A stretch of 62,939 bases of DNA, filler included, from Phoronis australis (taxonomy: Eukaryota; Animalia; Phoronida), in assembly GCA_002633005.1 (NCBI GenBank). It is 7 parts of 7 records of this genome, joined end to end, with 100 filler letters (N's around TTAATTAATTAA, not from the genome) between each part and the next. Parts side by side here need not be neighbours in the genome. Positions count along the whole stretch, not along the records: positions 24,863 to 51,572 come from NMRA01001326.1; 6 more parts are not named here. One strand, written 5' to 3'. Shown here in pieces: positions 37,101-47,919 of the stretch (the stretch's first letter is position 1; the number at the start of each line of letters is the position of its first letter). The notes beneath the pieces were generated by a model, which was not told where the DNA came from, did not search any database, and saw only the letters and a list, made by a program, of their open reading frames with translations. The translations under genes and the position numbers were made by a program.

Positions 37101-40100
37101 AGAGAAAGATCAAATAATAACAATAAATATGAACATTGGTATCTAAATATTACAAAATGTTACTACTAAAACTAAAGACTATATTCCCTTTGGTACTTAC
37201 AATTTCAGCTTTTACAGGGTAATAGTGACCAAATGTATAACTAGGGGAAGCTTACAGCACTTCTCTAGGCAAATCGGTTTTTCTTCAGTTGTTTGATGGT
37301 AAAAACTCGAGACACGGGGTCACATTTTCTGCTGCGCACAGGTTTTTTGGTCCTTGACTTCACTTATAAATGCTTGCAGCACCTACCAAACGAATCTCCA
37401 GACAGTTCCTTCTCCTACAGCTCAAATGGTGATACAGATGCTGATAGTGAAGTAAAAGAGGTAAATGAATTTTGCCACCACCATTTGTTGGAATTTCCTT
37501 CATTTTTCATGAACAAGAGGTATTAAGAAAGATCAATATACATACCAGTTGGGAAGAATAGTCATTTACCACATTTTCTTTTGTTTGTTGATTGGGGAAA
37601 AAAGATATTTACCACTGCAGACTAAAAATCAAATATCAGCAGCTTAAACATTAAAATTGATGATGTACAACTGTCTTATATTTTGTACACTGTACTTTAC
37701 TTACAATACTGTTTTGGTTTTGTGTACTTTCAAAAACCATGGAGATTTCTTTACAGGGGTCTTCTGAAAACGATACCTTGCCCTCTGATTCACCAGCAAA
37801 TGTCACACTCCCAAATGCAGACAAGCATGAGGTAAGAACTGCAAAGAACATAAAAATATAAATAAAAAATTTGAAAATTTACTTTACTATTCAATGGCAA
37901 ATCTTTTGGCTTGCACTTCACAAAATCAAATCATGAGATGAAAGTACCTATTAAGCATATTAAGCAAACATTTAATGTCAAAACATTCCCGAAATCATTT
38001 CTAGGAAGGGTACTATCAGTGGGAATGTGTCCCGGGAAGTATAATAGTGAGCTGTGAATGGCACTGAATTACTATTTTAAGTGATTTAGGAAAAAATAAA
38101 TCTGAACATTTAATTGACTAATCGATTAACTGCCTCTTAACCTCGAATGCCAATGTGTCCAGTGGACCAGGCAACTGTGATATGGTTATGGTTATGTTTT
38201 CATAAACTACTTAATAGGTTAGTGATAAATTGATGGAAAATGTGTGATCTCAAGAGTGTTTTCAAAGCCTTAATAGCTGCAAAAACAAAACATGCTTGTT
38301 GTATTTACAGATGACTAACAAATAATGGTTCTTTGTAGATGGATAAATCATGGGAAGAAATTCGGCAAGTTAGAGAGAAGAAGAATGGTAAATGCATCCT
38401 ATGCACAACACAGCATGCAAAACTACACCTTCCAATGTGAAGCCTCTGTAAATTCTGACAAATTTTTGGTTTTAAATACATAACTATGGGCTTCTCCTTA
38501 CCAATGGAATATTTCTATCACAGAGAGCAAGCATTTACAATAAATTTCAGATATTATAGGGGATAATTTATACAATTTCTGTTGTTTCTTGAAACAATGC
38601 AGAAAGAAAAGTTGCTATAGGTAGTTAAAACAAAGATATGAAAAAGACAGAGCCTCTTTTTTGCTAACAGTATATTTGTTTGACTACATCTCTTATATGA
38701 CTTTCATTTAGCAAGTTTTGTGGCTGGTAAACATTACATTTTGAAAAGAAATTTCTTGTATGACATTCAGAAACCATCTATAAGAACATAAAAAGAACAG
38801 CTGAAGATATGAAGACCAACTTCCACAAGAAGAGGAAGACAGCAAGTTATGTTGTTGGTGATAACGTATCAGTAGCTGTGCCGAAGCGTGACCGACCCAT
38901 ACTTGGATGGCCAAGATTACCTGGAACGATTCTTAAAGTGATGGGTTCAAAAGACTATCCTTTATACCAAATAGGGTGTGTCTAGACTAAAACAAAAAAT
39001 AGTGAATGCTAGCAAGGAAAGGGTTAAGAGGGATTTCAGACTATGGTATCATAGATACTGTCTCTGACAAGTGTCAGGGACATATAGGTAAATGATGATC
39101 ATGTCTATAAGGGTACTGGAACTGTCTACAACAGAATAGTTCATTTAAGTACACTGTGTTCAAAATCATTAGTTATCTTTTACTAAGAATCTCAGTTCTT
39201 GAAAGAATAACGTTTGAACACTTTTATTTTGGCAAGTGTTTTTATGCACCCACATGTTTATATGTGGACGCATTATGCCGTCATCTCTGTCCGTCCAACC
39301 GGGCGGCATCCATCCGGCGTCCGCTGCTTTATCTCCAAAACCCTTTGACATACAATCATGAAATTTGGCACATTTGTTCCATTCATGAATGGGACGGCAT
39401 ATGCGAACTTTCAGATGGATTCGACATAGTTTGCGCCACCTAGTGGCCATTTTTAGTGTTTTCGAGTCTGTTTTTTGGCGCCCACCCCTCCATCAACCAA
39501 ACCGCTATAAGTATGATTGTGAAAATTGGCATGTATGTTCTTACTATGAAGAGGACGGTTGACGCTGAATTTCCCATGACTTTGATTACTGTGGCGCCTC
39601 CTAGCGGCATTTTTTTTTTGCGCCCATGGCTGTATCTCCCAAACCGTTTGCAGGATCTTTACTAAATTTAGCAAGTGTATTTATGTGATGTTGACAACGG
39701 ACGATGACGACTAGGATGATTCTGACTACCGGTATGCCTCTAGTGGCAATTTTAGTATTTTACATTGACCTCTGTATTTTCATAGGTCTTCAGGTGTATA
39801 CTTTGTGTTACTTCGTGACTATGAAGGAAAAGTTCCAAGTAGAAATTTGTTTCTGGCATTCTAATGCTGTGCTAATCTCGTATGTTGGTAAATTTGTTTT
39901 TAATTCTATGTTTCTGTGGTGCTTTAAGCAACTGATGTATAGGATGTGCTTGTATTATGAAGATCACTCACATTTTGCCCCTAGCCTATTGAGGAGACAA
40001 TGACCATGCCTTTCCATTTTGCAAAGTACAACATACTACATATATGCCCTCTACTGGCCACTTTATGGTACCAATAAACAACCCTAAAAGGATACCGTAT

Positions 40101-43100
40101 GCGGTGCAATTGTGGGCGCATTTCAATGCTCTACGTTGCTCTTGTTAAAATATCAAGTCCAAAATATCAATTTCTAAAGCCTTAAGCTCCAATTAAAAAC
40201 TGCTGGAATATACTTTAACAGATCATTTGCAGTTATGTGTATGCAAAGATTTTTTAGAGAGCATTCTCAAACTTGATGACATTGTAACACAAAATTTGTC
40301 TTACAGAACAGAGAATGGCATACTGAGCCGACTCATTCCAACAGGCAACCTTGACATTTTTGTGGGCGAAGTGAAAGTCAAGACAACGCAAAAAGTTTCC
40401 TTGAGACAAGCTGCACACTTAGGTATGGATAAGAAACACACAGCTTCAAATAAAAAGTGATAACATTCTAATAAACAATTACTGCCAAAATATTAAATAT
40501 TCCAGTGATCATTATGAGACTTTAACAAGAATTAATTACATCATGTACATCTGAATACTACCTATTCTAATTCAATTTTGAGTCTCATGTAAATTAACAG
40601 GCAACTAACAACACTGATTTGCATGCATGACTCATTGTCTTGTTTTTCAGCTGCCGAGTCCACGAAGATACATATGACTGTCACAAAGAAGCTGAAAACA
40701 AAACACGCTGATGGTAGTACACATGTTATTGCCAGTACTAATCATTCCAAGTTTACCCCTGTAGCCAATATCTTACATGACCGATTAACTTCATTGTGGC
40801 ATTTATGGTTGGAGGGCCAGCTCTCTTTTGTTCGATAATTGCTCTAATCTCCAATAAGATCCTATCTACCCTGACTGGGCTGCGCTGTTAAAAATAAAAG
40901 TTAAGTTATAACATATTTGATCATAAAGCAATGGCATTTCTGAAATCTTCGTCAAATGGTGATCATGTTTAGTTTTTGAATCGCCAAAATCGCCCAACTG
41001 CAACCGAAGTTATGACACTGTATTCTTTACGAATACACCAATTCACTCTGAGTTTGACCATAGACTATAGTACATGGACCACCAACTCCGTATACTTTCA
41101 TTGGACGAAATCTGTGCTGTTTCGCACAAGCCGTTACGTCATTATTCACTAGCGTCACCTGACCAAAATGGTGTAATTTCCGGCAAGTATGTCGTCTGCT
41201 AATCATGGTCGGTCGCTGTGTGACAGAGTGTTCCGCCACACAGGCGAAATGCAAAGACGTTAGCTTCCATAGCGTACGGAGACCCCATAATCGGCTGTGA
41301 GAGAAAAAACTATACGTCTTGTGTAACCACATTTTGATGATGGATGTTTTTAAGAACTTCTGGTAGGCCTACTAGTACTACCAATACTGACTTAATTCTG
41401 TCTCAAATATCCTTTGTTCTTTACTCCTTTTTGATGAATATTACCTGATTTTTTTGGCAAAAATTGTCCGCTAAATTCTTTCAAAAATAGTGATCCATGA
41501 ACTCCTGTCCTAGTTACGAGGAAATTCAGCCATAGTCTAGTGTACGAATTAACCAAATTTGTCATCTTCACTAGCAATAATTAGGCGGTTACTATCTCAG
41601 CACAATGCGCACATTTCATCGGGATTTGGATCATCGATTCAGCCGATTTATAAATCTGTGTACAAATAAGTTGAATGCTGGTAAAACCTGAATCTGTTGT
41701 CTATAATCTATGGTTTGACTGAGTTCACACTTGTCTAATTGACAAAGGAGTGTGCTCGGCAGTTAACACAGAAGGTAGATGTTATCATACGTTCAGAACC
41801 CCCTACGTCTGGTAAAGTCACCGAACAGCAAAACGCTATCATGCTAAAATGACAAAAGTCCATTCGTAGGGGGTGCTGATTTAATTAACGTTGTCTCATA
41901 CGTCAAATCTGCAATAAGACTAACTGTTCAGTGATCTAGAGCATACTGCCATTGGTTGTTTTGGAAACAAATTTGTGCATTTAGGTATACATACCAACAA
42001 CTGTCCTTGGTCTAACCACACTGTTGCATGACTCACTGTGACGTCTTTCAGCTGGTGAAGCGACGAAGGTGCACACTGCTACCACACAGAAGCTAAAGGA
42101 GAAGCAGGCAGATGGTAGTACACATTATTGTCAGTACTTAAATCATTCTAAAATGACGAAAGTCTGTCTTCAGTAGCTTGTTTAATTTGGTTTTATCTGA
42201 AATCTGCACTAAGACCAACGGTTTGGTGATCTAGAGCCGACTGCACATTGGTTGCTGTGGAAACGAAATGATGCATTTAGGTATATTAGCCATGATATAG
42301 TTCGTGCTTTCAAGGGGTTTTGGGATGGAAACATACCTATAAGTGTGTTGCATGACTCACTGTGTCATCTTTCAGCTGGTGAAGCGACGAAGGTGCACAC
42401 TGCTACCACACAGAAGCTAAAGGAGAAGCAGGCAGATGGTAGTACACATTATTGTCAGTACTTAAATCATTCTAAAATGACGAAAGTCTGTCTTCAGTAG
42501 CTTGTTTAATTTGGTTTTATCTGAAATCTGCACTAAGACCAACGGTTTGGTGATCTAGAGCCGACTGCACATTGGTTGCTGTGGAAACGAAATGATGCAT
42601 TTAGGTATATTAGCCATGATATAGTTCGTGCTTTCAAGGGGTTTTGGGATGGAAACATACCTATAAGTGTGTTGCATGACTCACTGTGTCATCTTTCAGC
42701 TGGTGAAGCGACGAAGGTGCACACTGCTACCACACAGAAGCTAAAGGAGAAGCAGGCAGATGGTAGTACACATTATTGTCAGTACTTAAATCATTCTAAA
42801 ATGACGAAAGTCTGTCTTCAGTAGCTTGTTTAATTTGATTTTATCTGAAATCTGCACTGGTCTTTTAGTCTACTCTACAGCACTCAGCAGTATACTCAAT
42901 ACTGTGTAGGCTACCAGGACATGCAGCTGTTTTCTGCACAAACGTTTGTGACACCTCTTCTTCTTTTTGATCTACTGATGTACAGAGTTCCGCAATCAAT
43001 CAGCTTTCATCAGGAAGCTTTCCTAAGCTTCTTTAGGCTCTGACATCACAATTTTGTGCTGTTTGATAAACCTTGAATTATACAGGCATCACACTCCATG

Positions 43101-46100
43101 GGAGCAGCCATATTGAAGTAACTAAGCACAACAATACAATCTGACTCTCTGATTGGTCAATTCATTAGAAAAGCGCCATCAAGTGGCAGGAATGTGCATC
43201 ATATTTTGTGCAACAAAAACACCTTTTTTTAAAAAAATGTGCAAGTGTAGACGTGGGAACTTTTTGGAATTTGATTTATAGGTATATTATCTAGCCACAT
43301 AGAAAAAACTAGGTTGCCCCCCGAAAGTACTCACAAGGATGAACGCTATGAGATCTTGCCCACCGACTATATTTTTTGGATTGTAAACAAAGTTGATTTT
43401 GGAAAACCAGCAATTGCCGCAATTAAGTAAATAAGTTCATGTTAACACAACGTTTCGTTGAGTTAGCATGAACTTCTTTATTTGTGTGGCAATTGTCCCT
43501 TTTCTAATCGTACTTTAGCCAAAAAATGAAAATCGATTTTGATACACATAGAAAAACAGCATAACAGCAAAAAAATAGACACTGATCTGGAAAATGCTAT
43601 TCACAGAAAAACTAACAAGGGTGAAAATGAATGATTTAAGAACAAACATGTTGCAGTTATTTTGCCTGAAGTTCTCCATGCTAAGTACATGCCAAGTCCA
43701 AGACAAGATGTAAAGGTGTGCAGAATGACTATCACTCCAGCCGATGTTATGACCCTTGAGAAGAGGAAATGGCTAAACGATAAGGTACGGTGCATGTTTG
43801 AGAAGTTTTTCAGTCACAACATATTTACTCCCACAGGTTGTACCATATCCCACAATGGTACAGTAGAAAGTGTCTTATTTGGACAGACAAAATGTGAATC
43901 ATAAGCCCATATTCATGTTACAGCCATTAACGAATAACAATATTCATTGGCCATCCATCAGACTTACAGTTCAAATCATGTGACAAAAACAAATTAAAGG
44001 TTTTAAGCAGTGGACAAAAAGGAGGACTGTTAAACTTACTCAGGCAGGAAAATCTGTGATGGTTACTAAAGTTTCCAAACATCGCAGCTGACCCACTGGG
44101 TGATACGTTTCACCCCACTGCATATGAGAAATCCGATATTTGTATCGTCCACAACAGGTTATTTGTGACACTCAAAACTGTTGAAAATAAGACAATGTTC
44201 ATTTTTGATTGAGCATTGTGATATTATTGTTTCAGATTATCGATGCCTTCCTTAAAGTATTACAGACGGAAAATAACAAATCTGAGCGAAATCACGTGTA
44301 CATCATGTCACCTTTCGTAGCGGAGAAATGGAAATCGGGTGACTTCAACACGTGGCTATTCAAAAAGGTAATTACAATGCGATTTCTCCAATGTGGGAAA
44401 GTGAAAAATTAATTATACAGCTCAAGGTCAGAACATGTCTAAAAGTGTGGAAAGAAACAATGTTGGCCATCCAAAATTCAAGAATTTCCAGAAAGATGGC
44501 AAAATTACCTACTCTGTAGCAATTAAAAACACATTGTCCAAATTATGGTGAACCCAGAAATAACTAATCTCAAATTCCACAAAATTCTATTTGTGCGGGA
44601 ATCTCCATGTCCAAAATTCTAGAGACTGTTCCAAATTGAATACATCGGAGATTTGAAGTGTCGTTGCACTACCGTACAAGTGTGATTGACATAAAAAAGA
44701 CAATGATGAATACAAAATATGGCAAGCCATCTTGTTAAGCAGTAGCAGATCAGTCTTGCCCATGGAAATACAAACTGATAAAAACAAGTACATCACTCAT
44801 TAATGTACTTTATGTAACAACTTCATTGCAGGTAAACTTTTCGGATTACCGGTGGGTTTTTATGCCAATCAACCTAAATCAAAGCCATTGGGTCATTCTA
44901 GTTGCGGACATACAGCAGAAGACAGTAACAGTACTGGACTCTCTTGGAAATCACCACAAAGAGTTGACATCATGGTGGAAGTACGTGAAGTGTCATAAAC
45001 ACTGTTGCTACACATGTGCAAGAATTAGTGTGTCCTCTATCACACCCTGTGTTTGCATAATTGTCCACATAATATTACTCACCTGTTTATCACACTAAAA
45101 AACTGACAAGTGATTTTAATGATGGATTGGAGGCTTCTTTTTTTCACAAAGGCAAAAATTCAATAGACATCATGTGAATATTTTAGGTAATTAATTCGTG
45201 TCTACCAGCATATTCAAGGTAATAGGGATTGGGTTGTGTGACATAGTGAGAGTTGGGGAATATGTTTCGCTGACAATGCCCGAATAGGCCTGTACAGTTG
45301 CAGGTGATCAGAGTCCGCATTCAAACTCAAATTTCTAAGAATTCTTCCATGTGGTGCATGTATTAGAAACTCGTCCCAGATTGAAACAAACGTACATGAT
45401 GCGATACACAGCCAGAGAAAAACATGCATAACGTCGTGTTCTGTAAGGTCATAATAGATGTAATCCTTTATCACTTAGTTTCTAATGCTGGTGGAAGTAG
45501 GTCTAACCACACTATATCTGACATCTACATGTATGTCCAATGTGTAGTGCATCTTTTAAACAAACCTCTGGAAATAAAACAATGCTTCAGAAACTTATTT
45601 AACACCAAAAACATACTCTCTGAACATTAAGGATATGAATGTTGTTTCAGGAGATTTATGAAAGAAAGAAACAGTACAACAAAGCAGGAGGTGTGGACTG
45701 CAGTTCACACAACATCTGTTCAACAGAGCGATGGCCACAGCTGTGGACCGATAGTTCTACTGGTAAGTTTTAGCGTTGAATGAGCCTGGGGCATGGACAG
45801 TTTTTATCAGTTCCCTTATATACCCACGTTCATGTGGCATATAGGTTTTAGACATCACAAGAACAAATAAGTTGTGGAAAAATAAACCATCTATTGCAAA
45901 TGTGGACTGAATTTCACGATTTTCTTTGATATGTTTAATTTGCCTTTGGTTCATGCAACTGTTCTGCTAAGAAAGTTAATTAAGGAGCGAACGCCATACG
46001 CCTTGTTTTAAAAAAGTAAACTATGATTTCTATTTTCAGAATGCATACGCCATTTTAAAGGCAGTGCCACTGCAATTGATCAAGCAAGATCATGTGAAGA

Positions 46101-46318
46101 ATATGCGTAACTTTATTAAAAAAACTTTGCTAACGAACATGACATCACAAAAGGAGGACAACTTTATGTGTGACATGGTTGGGTGTCTGGGACGGGATGG
46201 GAAACAGAGGTGGATAATGTGCGACGTATGTTCGCGCTGGGTGCATATGAAATGTGCCTTACTTGTCAGTGCACCAAAGGATTATACCTGTGCCATTTGT
46301 GAAGCACAGTACAACTAG
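31126..46318 (+). CDS. Multi-exon Ginger2/KRBA2/SCAND3-like DDE integrase fused to a Ulp1 (peptidase C48) protease and a PHD finger (~916 aa)
   Basis: Hand-spliced GT-AG exons: 31126-31335, 32663-32767, 33146-33289, 34516-34759, 35140-35295, 35680-35811, 36177-36238, 36568-36612, 36731-36805, 37380-37460, 37757-37831, 38339-38387, 38771-38975, 40307-40422, 40651-40713, 42052-42114, 42376-42438, 42700-42762, 43657-43784, 44236-44367, 44832-44980, 45651-45762, 46040-46318. All phases are compatible, total 2751 nt, no internal stop. AATAAA lies downstream (about 46368). The small linker exons are the least certain. Confidence 0.8.
31500..32182. mobile_element. Rearranged Kolobok-type fragment in intron 1 of the integrase gene
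   Basis: Right end ...aaggttgcctttacct|TTAA is the reverse complement of the 17860 terminus. Contains a THAP start MPHYGCVPGC (+, 31551), the STPSEEDS...FIVDL...FRRCQGC block, and a second THAP start MPHCCCVLG on the minus strand (31922). Confidence 0.75.
32663..35811 (+). CDS. Integrase part: H2C2 zinc finger plus rve DDE core (5 exons)
   Basis: VHQSLGHGG...CDVC zinc finger; catalytic VDLID / LQSDNGKEF / GRPRHPQSQGLVER; W...LP.V; SPYEALYG. All typical of KRBA2/SCAND3/Ginger2 integrases. Confidence 0.92.
33649..34376 (-). mobile_element. HINE/DINE-1-like (Helentron-associated) non-autonomous element
   Basis: Reverse-strand homolog of 39242-40146, including the 5' TTTATGCGCTCACAT hairpin end and the 3' subTIR-plus-hairpin end. 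Confidence 0.6.
38771..40422 (+). CDS. Integrase C-terminal SH3-like region (2 exons)
   Basis: YVVGDNVSVAVPKRDR...LPGTILKV...YQIG|TENGIL...VSLRQAA, matching the VGDxVxVxVPxxDR...YxIGTxxGxL...SLRxAA pattern of KRBA2/SCAND3-like proteins. Confidence 0.8.
39242..40146 (+). mobile_element. HINE/DINE-1-like (Helentron-associated) non-autonomous element
   Basis: Inserted in a T-run; 5' ATGCACCCACAT with a short palindrome, then (GTCC)-like microsatellite, internal degenerate repeats, a 3' subTIR TGTGGGCGCAT followed by a small hairpin and CTTGTT. Three copies in the window. Confidence 0.6.
41880..42858 (+). repeat. 324-bp tandem repeat (~3 copies), each carrying a 63-bp coding exon
   Basis: Identical ORFs at 42252 and 42576 give the 324-bp period. 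Each unit has tttcag|CTGGTGAAGCG...GCAGATG|gtagta; a diverged fourth copy lies at 40651-40713. Confidence 0.9.
43657..45762 (+). CDS. Ulp1/SENP-type cysteine protease domain (4 exons)
   Basis: WLNDKIIDAFL, FMPINLNQSHWVILV (His), VLDSL (Asp), QQSDGHSCGPIV (oxyanion Gln and catalytic Cys): a complete C48 signature. Confidence 0.92.
46040..46318 (+). CDS. Terminal exon with PHD finger
   Basis: CDMVGC...WIMCDVCSRWVHMKC...YTCAIC* is a C4HC3 finger. Confidence 0.9.
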   Translation, partial: NAYAILKAVPLQLIKQDHVKNMRNFIKKTLLTNMTSQKEDNFMCDMVGCLGRDGKQRWIMCDVCSRWVHMKCALLVSAPKDYTCAICEAQYN

Positions 46319-46743
46319 TCATGACAATCACAGTACGTCTTGGAACAGTGGTGCCTTTTTCATGTACAATAAATGATTGATTCATTAGTTGAGTGATTGA
46401 AACAAGTCAGCCTCTCATTCCAAGTCAAAAATGTCCTGGCTGTAATACATACCCTTCATTTCACTCTTCGGGTTCAGTCGGTTTCAATAATAAACGCTGG
46501 TTGTATCATTGAAAACAATACAACATCCAATTATTTTTTTCAATCCAAGTCAGTGCAGATACTGTGACCACGTTCGAAAGTATTTTTAAGCAAATTTTCA
46601 AAAATTTTGCATTGGCTATATAGACTGCCACACTTCTTCATCTTGCGTTTCACCTGTGACACCTTTTCCGGTGAAATTTTGCGAGACTCTGATGACCTCA
46701 CAGGTCTGGACGGTTATTTGAAAACGTGACTTTAGCTACCATA

Positions 46744-47917
46744 GTATGGGCAGCGAAAAGGTTCAAAATAGACAACACTGCCAAATAATTAAGTTACTTT
46801 TTAAACAGATAGGTTATTTGGTTCAGTTTTGGCAAAGAGACAGGTTACTTGCGCCGAACGAACAGGTTACTTGTCGAACAAACAGGTCACTTCTATCAGA
46901 CGGGTTAGTCAAGTCAAATGAACATGTTGGTCTTGCCAAACAGACGTAGTAGTCGAACATACAGGACAGAGGGCGCTGTCTCAACTCAAGAAATAGTTGA
47001 CGTCACGAAGTCATGAGCTCCGCAATGAGCACAAAAATACCAAAAAGTTGTTTTGGTGGTCTGTTGCAGTGAAGAATTTCTTTCATAGGACTGTTCTCAA
47101 TTTGTCATCGACCATTCTTAAATAAATTTATGGAATCGTGATGCGTTTGCTTGTTTAAACCAACTTAAGCTGACAAATGGTAGATTGAACTGTGTACTCA
47201 CGCGGCCACGTATGTAAACAGGTAGCTTGGTTCGGCCACCCCGCCAATTAAACGTTATTCCATAAGTCAAACCGTTAATATTATGACATGCAATCATGTG
47301 TGCTCAGGTTTGTTATTTTGTGATTACGTGTTACTGGGTTATCCTCTTCTTTAACGAAAGTTGAAATTGATGTGGTCCTGTATTCGCGGTACTAACGAAG
47401 TTAGTTTTGCATTTACAAATCATACTTTTTGTTTTAAAGTTTGAAAAACACAGTTTATGTCACTTTCTTCAATCATGTTTCTCAAAATATCGTTGGAAAT
47501 TGAACACCTCGGTAGCTTCAGTTTGAGTTACCTTTATTTGCAATAACATAATGCAGGTTTGGGGTTCAGATTGAGACTCCGTGACGTCATTCGTTTTCAA
47601 GTGACGCCCTCTATTCGTTTGCCGTGTTTGTCTTGTTCGTTTAACAGATGACTTGTCTGTTCGACACGATAATTGAGCCTACAAGGTTACTTGTCTGTTT
47701 GGTAACCTACTTAATCATTTGCCAACTTACTTGTTTGTTCAACAGTAGGAACTAGTTTATCCGACAAAATCTGCAAAGTTGACTTGTCTGTTTGGAAAAC
47801 CATAGCATTCTTGACCTGTTTATTTGACGAATCACTTTTCTGTTTAGCAAACCACTTGTCTGTTTGTCAAACCACCTGTTTATTTGGCACTGGTGTCTAG
47901 TTTTTCGCTGCCCATAC
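46744..47917. mobile_element. 1.2-kb non-autonomous TIR element with TA flanks
   Basis: TIRs GTATGGGCAGCGAAAA / TTTTCGCTGCCCATAC with TA on both sides, and multiple subterminal ACAGGTTACTTG / ACTTGTCTGTTTG motifs. Confidence 0.75.
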
Positions 47918-47919
47918 TA

